From the human T2T-CHM13v2.0 reference genome, Homo sapiens, in NCBI RefSeq assembly GCF_009914755.1, contig NC_060927.1: a stretch of 64,000 nucleotides of DNA; one strand, 5' to 3'. The translations under genes were made by a program, and so were the position numbers. Positions 57,889 through 64,000 of the stretch are shown here, piece by piece (positions within the stretch are counted from its first letter, which is position 1; every line of letters begins with the position of its first letter). The notes beneath the pieces were generated by a model, which worked only from the letters and a program-made list of their open reading frames with translations, did not search any database and had not been told where the DNA came from.

Positions 57889-60699
57889 TGTATACTTGCA
57901 AGAATTTTTTTTTTCGAGAAATTATGCCATGAGAAGAGTGTGTGCCCATGAGTCTATATAGGGATGTATATGCATATAGGCATGTGCAAGAATGTGTGTG
58001 TGTATATGTGTGTGTGTTAGTTGGGAAGAACAGCAGTGAAAAGGAAAGGACTTTGGAATCCTAAGGTAATTCAGATGGTGGATGGACATTTATCTTATAA
58101 ATGCTTTTTTTTTTTTGTTTTTTGGTAGGTGGTGAAAGTAGTAACACCAGCAAATGTGGAAAATCTGCTTTTCTCTTAATAAGATTGTGAGGTTCCCTTT
58201 GGAAGGCAAACTTTTTCTTTGCCTGAAATTAATCTCATTAATTTAGATTTTGTCAAAATAATTAGGCCAGGCTCATATGCTTCAGTATGAGGCCACCATG
58301 TGACAGAGCACATGGAACATGCAGTGTCATCTTGAAAAACGAATGATGAAGACAGGACAGGCTCCGGGTGGAGCTTTGGAGTGTAGGAAGAGGTTGCATT
58401 CTCACCTAGTCTCTTAAAGGGTTGCCTCAGCAAGGAAACCCAACCCAAGGAGTTTAATAAGTACGAAATCGTTGACCATTTTCATCTTTTCCCATCTTAA
58501 TTTTAAAAATCACATATTTTTCCTGCTGCTAGGAGAGATTTTCTGCTGAAATCTTCCCACTGACTTCTGATCTAGTCCATTGCCAACATGTTTGTGCTTG
58601 ACCCTCATTTGGGCATATTTCTTCTGGGTCTTTTAGTTAGGATTATTTTTAGAGAGAAGATAAGGGAAAATGAAATACCTCTATTCAGCACAGGGTCGAA
58701 GTACACTGGCCTTGTGCAGATGTGCTTAGGAGAGGCGATGGACACTAGAGAGGGCCCAGGAGTGGCATTTATTCCAAGCCTGCCTAGTATCAGTACAGAG
58801 ACTGCCTGTGCGTATTATAATTATTTTGAAAGACTGTGAAGAAGCAAAACGAAAAAAAAAAAAAAACCCCAAAAACTCCCTTCCAGATCAAAACTTCAGA
58901 GGGCAAAAGTTCAAGAAAGGATTTATTTTTAATGTTGAAAGAGAAGAGATTGTGAGTAAAATCGAGAACAGTGATTAAAATGCAAAAGCCCGGGAAGCTC
59001 AGAAGTGCTGTTTGGTTTGCTGAATGTTTGTATTTTCTCAGTCAGAAGCCAGCCAAATATACCTGCCTTATTCCTGAAAGGTTTTTCTAACTGGCTGCTA
59101 GCCTACAATAAAAACCATTTTCTACAGCTTTAATGTGTGCTGAGGAGGGGTGGGGGAATGTTTAAAAGAAGTCCTATGAGTAAGTAGACCTTGCGATGAT
59201 GCATTATAGCATTATATTTGCAAAGATATGTGTGCATGTGTGTATGTGTGTTTGTGCCTCTCTGTGCATGTGTGTGTGTGTTTGCATTCTTGTGCCTGCT
59301 TATTTGCAGATACAAGGGACAAAGTCACAGATAAGTAGGAGCATAGCTGAGACCATAAACTAGCAGTAAAGCACATAACTGATATGAATTCTACCACTTT
59401 CTTAGGCTTCATAACTTACGTCTCTTAGTGTAACTAAGTAGAAGAATTTACTTACCCCTTGCCTAAAAATGAAATCTATTTATGGAAGCCAAAAGCTGTG
59501 AGGGCCGTTTATATCATTTATTACAAACCTGTCCCTTGGAAAACCAAGATCCAAAAAAGCCATGTGGCTTGCCTAAGGTACCGAGTTTTTGTCAAAGTAT
59601 TTTATTCCCCACCTGGTGGTCATTATCTTTGTCATTCTTATGGAGCTCATTTTTCCTGAGAAAATAAAAATCATATACGACCAGCTATGGACTTTTGGTA
59701 ATCAAGCTCGTTTATCAAATGTGTATTGAGCACCTGATATATATGTGAGGCACCATCTTAGACTCTGGTGTCACAATGATGAAAACAGACATGGTCTCTG
59801 TTCTTGGGAGGTAAAGTGAGTCTTAAAGCTGTGTGAACTGGTTTTATGTATTTTGCTCTTCCTTTGAAGAAACTTACAAATTAATTGTAGCCTCTGGATC
59901 CTCCATCTGTACCAGCCAGGAACAGGCGGACCAGGCTGGAAAAACCCTTCAGCCTCCACTGGAGGGGAACAAACCTTGGCCATGCACGAGGTGAGGATCT
60001 GGGATGTGGTGGCTTCCCTTCAAACAGATCTGCTTCCCAGGGAAGTGACCAATAATGACACAGGACAAAATCAAAGTGCAACCTGCAGGACCATGCAGGG
60101 CATGGAGGAGATGGGATTCCCCACATTATCCTCCTCAGGAGTGATTTTCACAACAACAACAACACTGTTCTCTTCAGCACTTCTTCCACCAACCCTCGCG
60201 GGGAAACAGTGACTTACTGAGGGACCGTCTGACATGGGCTCTGACCCTCCTGGTTCTACAATCTGTTTTGTGGGAAAGAAATCTTACTTGCTGTAAGTAA
60301 GAAAAAAGAAAGTAATGGCTTTGGAGGCTTAGAAGCATCTTAAAGTATGGGCCGATCTACTAGCTTTTGACATTGGATCTGAGTTTATGCCAGCCGCAGT
60401 TGAAACATTGCTGACAACCAGTACTGAGAACTCTCATGGCTTGCAGCCTTCCCTCAGGCACTCTTCTGGAATTCTCCCATATCTTGAAGATGTGGAGGGA
60501 GCACAGATATAAGTAATAATGACAGTAATTTATTAGATGATCTCGCCTTTGTTCTCTAGGAAAGTAGTTCTTTCCAGAATGTTATCTTTGGAGCTACTCT
60601 TGTTTTGAAACTTTGTTTTAAATCAAACTCAGTTCTGACTGCTTCGGCTTCTGGTGAGAATAGTATTATGAGACCCAAGAATAATTCAATAAAAACACA

Positions 60700-61690
60700 T
60701 GCATTGAATGTATATTCATGAGTCCATAATGATACTCAAAAAGAATACTGCCAGAAGAAACTCATTCGAGGCAGCTAATACCAATGTCTTATTTTGACAT
60801 TGTGTAACTGAAAGAAAAGTGCGTCTAATGTCCTTCAGGTAGGAACTATATTTCAAGGTAAACAAATAGCTCCAGTTGACAACATAAAGCTTGAAGAATG
60901 CCAGCTAAATGTAGAGGGATGAAAGTCATAATCTTGCAATTCCTAATGAGAGGGATGAAAGTCATAATCTTGCAATTCCTAATGAGAATGTAGATCCAGG
61001 CAAGGACTATCAACCTGTGCTTGAGGACCTCAGGGGAGTGGTTGATGGGACTTGGACATCTGTATGGTGCCAAAATAACAGTATGATGATGTGGTTCTGG
61101 TCTTCAGGAGAAAAACAGAATTGTACAATGGATGGATCAGACCACCATCACCCTCACCTAAAGGTTGATCCTAGCATCAGGAATAGTGGGACAACCAGTT
61201 ATTCCATGTCTCCTGGGGTCATGAATTCCGATGTCACAGCATCCCCTGTGACGCAGTCTAGCCAAAGATGTTTAACTTGGGTCTAATCAATATGTAGATG
61301 TAACTTCCAGGAAATACAAGGGAGAGAGGAACAAGCTAAATGACACCACTGGCAAGCAATGTAGGGGGCCTCTATCGGCCACTGGCCAAGCAGCTGCAAT
61401 AAGAAGCTACCCATGAAGAGACTGGAGGCTGGATTAAAAGATAGAGAGAGGACATAAAAGCCAGGTGCAATGTGTGGTCCAGGATTGGTTCCTCGTTTGG
61501 ACAAAGAAGCTGGGAAGGACATTCAGGGAAACATTTGGTGAATTTGAATAATATAATGGCTATTAGATGATATTAAAGAATGATTATTAATTTTAGGTGT
61601 GATAATGTTGTTGTTTGTCAAGCAGGAAAGTGTTCTTTTTTTAAGAAATGTATTTTGGGGGCAATGTCATGCATGATATCTCTAACATAA
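60700..61690 (+). mobile_element. Ancient L1MC/MD 3' region
   Basis: catgagtccataatgatact, gaatgccagctaaatgtagaggga, gaatttgaat, ttagatgatattaaagaat.att.ttaattt. Confidence 0.6.
60913..60987. repeat. Perfect 36-bp tandem duplication
   Basis: agagggatgaaagtcataatcttgcaattcctaatg x2 (+aga). Confidence 0.95.
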
Positions 61691-63309
61691 CACACAGCTG
61701 GACACTATGTGGGAGACTGACTGTGATGTTCAAGTCCCCTGTGGAAAGGTTGAACAAAAGTAGACATTTAACCAACATACTTGTCAGAGACTAGCAGGTA
61801 ATGTGTAATTATAAATTGCTATCAAATTACTGAGTAAAAGTTTTGTGAAACATTTTCTAAAGTTTGAGAGTAAAGAGTAAAAAAGAGTAGCATATTAGTT
61901 CAAAATAATGAGGAAGGCATTATCATAGGAAGATAACAAAATTTTAATACGTGATACCTGATTTAATTTTAATATTGCTACTAGAACCTAATTTCCACTT
62001 GTCATAATGAAGAATTTTTATAACTTTTCTTCACTTATTGCTACTCAAAATCTTCATCGACTAGTAAAAATCAACCACAGGGCAACTGTTATAAATTATG
62101 GTATGTCCATATCTGAAATATTATGAAGTCATTAACAATTAAGATGTGGATTTAATATTTGGTTAATATTTAATGACATGAAAACATTTATGCCAATGTT
62201 CAGTGCAGAATATGCAACTTTATTACAATATAGTCCTAATTTTATGTATTAATAAGTGTAAAAGATTTAGCCCCCAGGTTATTGCTGAGAGAGGGATAAA
62301 TAAGTACCATTTAATGTAGTCCTAGTATCATTAATTATTAAAAGAATATAAGAGAGAAAAAAACACACATGAGGAGACAGTAAAAAACTGTTTAGCTGAC
62401 CAAGTGAGTGCTGCATTATTGTCTGTTTTAACAAGGGAGTAGGTTTTCTCACCACATTCAGCCAATGTGGTAAATTTTCTAACATGATAAAAAGAAACTC
62501 CCAGTTTTACTCATTTCCAGAGCTGAAAGTTGAAGAGTTGAAGCCCTTTTGCCCTTCTCAGAATGACTACACTTAAAGTGAGCTTCCTCACCACCAAGTA
62601 CCAGAACAAATGGTGGGCCTGGAAAGGCAATTCTGCTCTGAGGAACGTGAAACAAGCATAAACCGAATGTGATGGCAGAGCTGTCACACCTTGTGGCCAT
62701 CGATTACATTTCCACTGACCGTTCTATCACTCTCCAGAAGGGTGATCATGCCTGTGCTGCTCCCAGAAGACCCAGATCCACCGAAAGAAATGCAATCCTT
62801 CCCCACAGGCAGCCTTTCCTGAGGAGAAGAAGGAGCTTCTCTAATTGTCACATGAGTAGAAAATGTTGAAGAGACCTGCCTCTTTCAGAGGAAGGGTAAA
62901 CAGAATTCTAACCACATTTTAAAACACCTCTTCCCTCTGCTTATTGAAGTAGGATACTCAGCAACAATTCAAAAGATTGAGGTTTACATGCACTGATGAG
63001 GAACGACCTCCAAGCTTCATTGTTCAGTGAGTGAAACCAGAGTTAGAGCAACAGAGCTCACAAAATCTCACTTACACGCACTACATGCTTCCACATGCAA
63101 ACACGTGCACATGCACACACATGCACAGACTCTTGCAAAGAAAAGATGAACACACACCAAACTTTTAATGATAAATATGTATGACGAACTAGGAAAGGGA
63201 TGGAATAAAAGGGAACGTTCACTTTTCTTACTCTATATTTCTGAAGTTTTTGGATTTTCTTTTTATAACAGGAGGTAAACATTTAGTTCTTATGTAATTT
63301 TAAGAGAGG

Positions 63310-63960
63310 GAACGATGAATTCATACACTTCTGGTAGAAATGTAAAAATGATACAGTCATTTGAAAACAGTTTGGCAGTTCCTCAAAAAGTTAAACATAG
63401 AGTTATCATATGACCCAGCCATTTCACTCCTGAGTGTTTACCCAAGAGAGAAAGAAATATATGTTCCTGCAAATACTTGAGCGTTTATAACAGCGTTGTC
63501 TGTAATAACCGAAAATCAGAGGCAACCAAATGTCTACAAACCAATGAATGGATAACAAACTGGTATAGGCCATGTAATCGAATACTATTCCACAATAATA
63601 GGAAACAACTATTGGTACACATGACAACGTGAATGCATCTCAAAATGATGCTGAGTGAAAGAAGCCAGACAAAAGAGTATTTGCTATGTATTACAATTTA
63701 TATAAAATTCTAGAAATGCAAACCAAACTATAGTGACAGAAAGCAGATCGGTGGTTGAATGTGGCGAGGGGTGGTGGCGTGGTGGGAGGAAGGAAGAACA
63801 AATGGGTCCAAGGACACTTTTGGGGTGATGGATATGTTCACCACCTTCATTGTGCTAATGATTGATCCGGTGTGTACTACAGCAAGATTTATCCAATTGC
63901 ATACTTTAAACATGTAGTTTATAGTGCGCTAATCATAACTCAATGAATCTACAAAAAAGT
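63310..63960 (+). mobile_element. Old L1M (L1MB/MC-like) 3' end
   Basis: aaacagtttggcagttcctcaaaaagttaaacatagagtt..tatgacccagc, gctgagtgaaagaagccagacaaaagagta. Confidence 0.8.
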
Positions 63961-64000
63961 AATACATGCTTAATATAGAACATTTTGAAATAATGTAAAA

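Noticed and set aside
59891-59996. Possible 100-nt plus-strand exon (ttgtag|...GAG|gtgagg)
   Set aside because: Weak acceptor and no linked exons; needs RNA-seq junction evidence.

Overview
Human genomic DNA, recognisable as chr3p21.31 (inferred from the gene). The window holds the complete canonical LZTFL1 (BBS17) gene on the minus strand. I assembled ten coding exons by hand (3+125+195+61+72+66+78+177+104+19 = 900 nt; 299 aa + TAA; every intron GT-AG). Around it are a ~3 kb 3' UTR, a CpG-island promoter at ~39.2-40.1 kb and two far-upstream candidate alternative exons (52626-52714, 56580-56656). The rest is mostly interspersed repeats: many Alus, L1, L2/MIR, MaLR LTRs, a decayed two-LTR ERVL provirus, a near-full-length Tigger2 and hAT MITEs. 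There is also an AP-1/C-EBP-rich enhancer at ~15.55-15.95 kb that, from recalled coordinates, carries the COVID-19 candidate causal SNP rs17713054 (non-risk G). Recalled SNP positions fit one offset (hg38 about window + 45,802,360) from 15.8 to 57.2 kb, so that stretch looks like unmodified reference sequence. I found no wholly new gene system. The best leads are regulatory: a reading-frame switch built from the upstream exons, a proximal poly(A) site next to a risk-haplotype SNP, an NMD-escaping intron-9-retained isoform, and an RFX/GRHL/C-EBP promoter cassette. Repeat subfamily names and SNP identities come from memory and need RepeatMasker/dbSNP confirmation.
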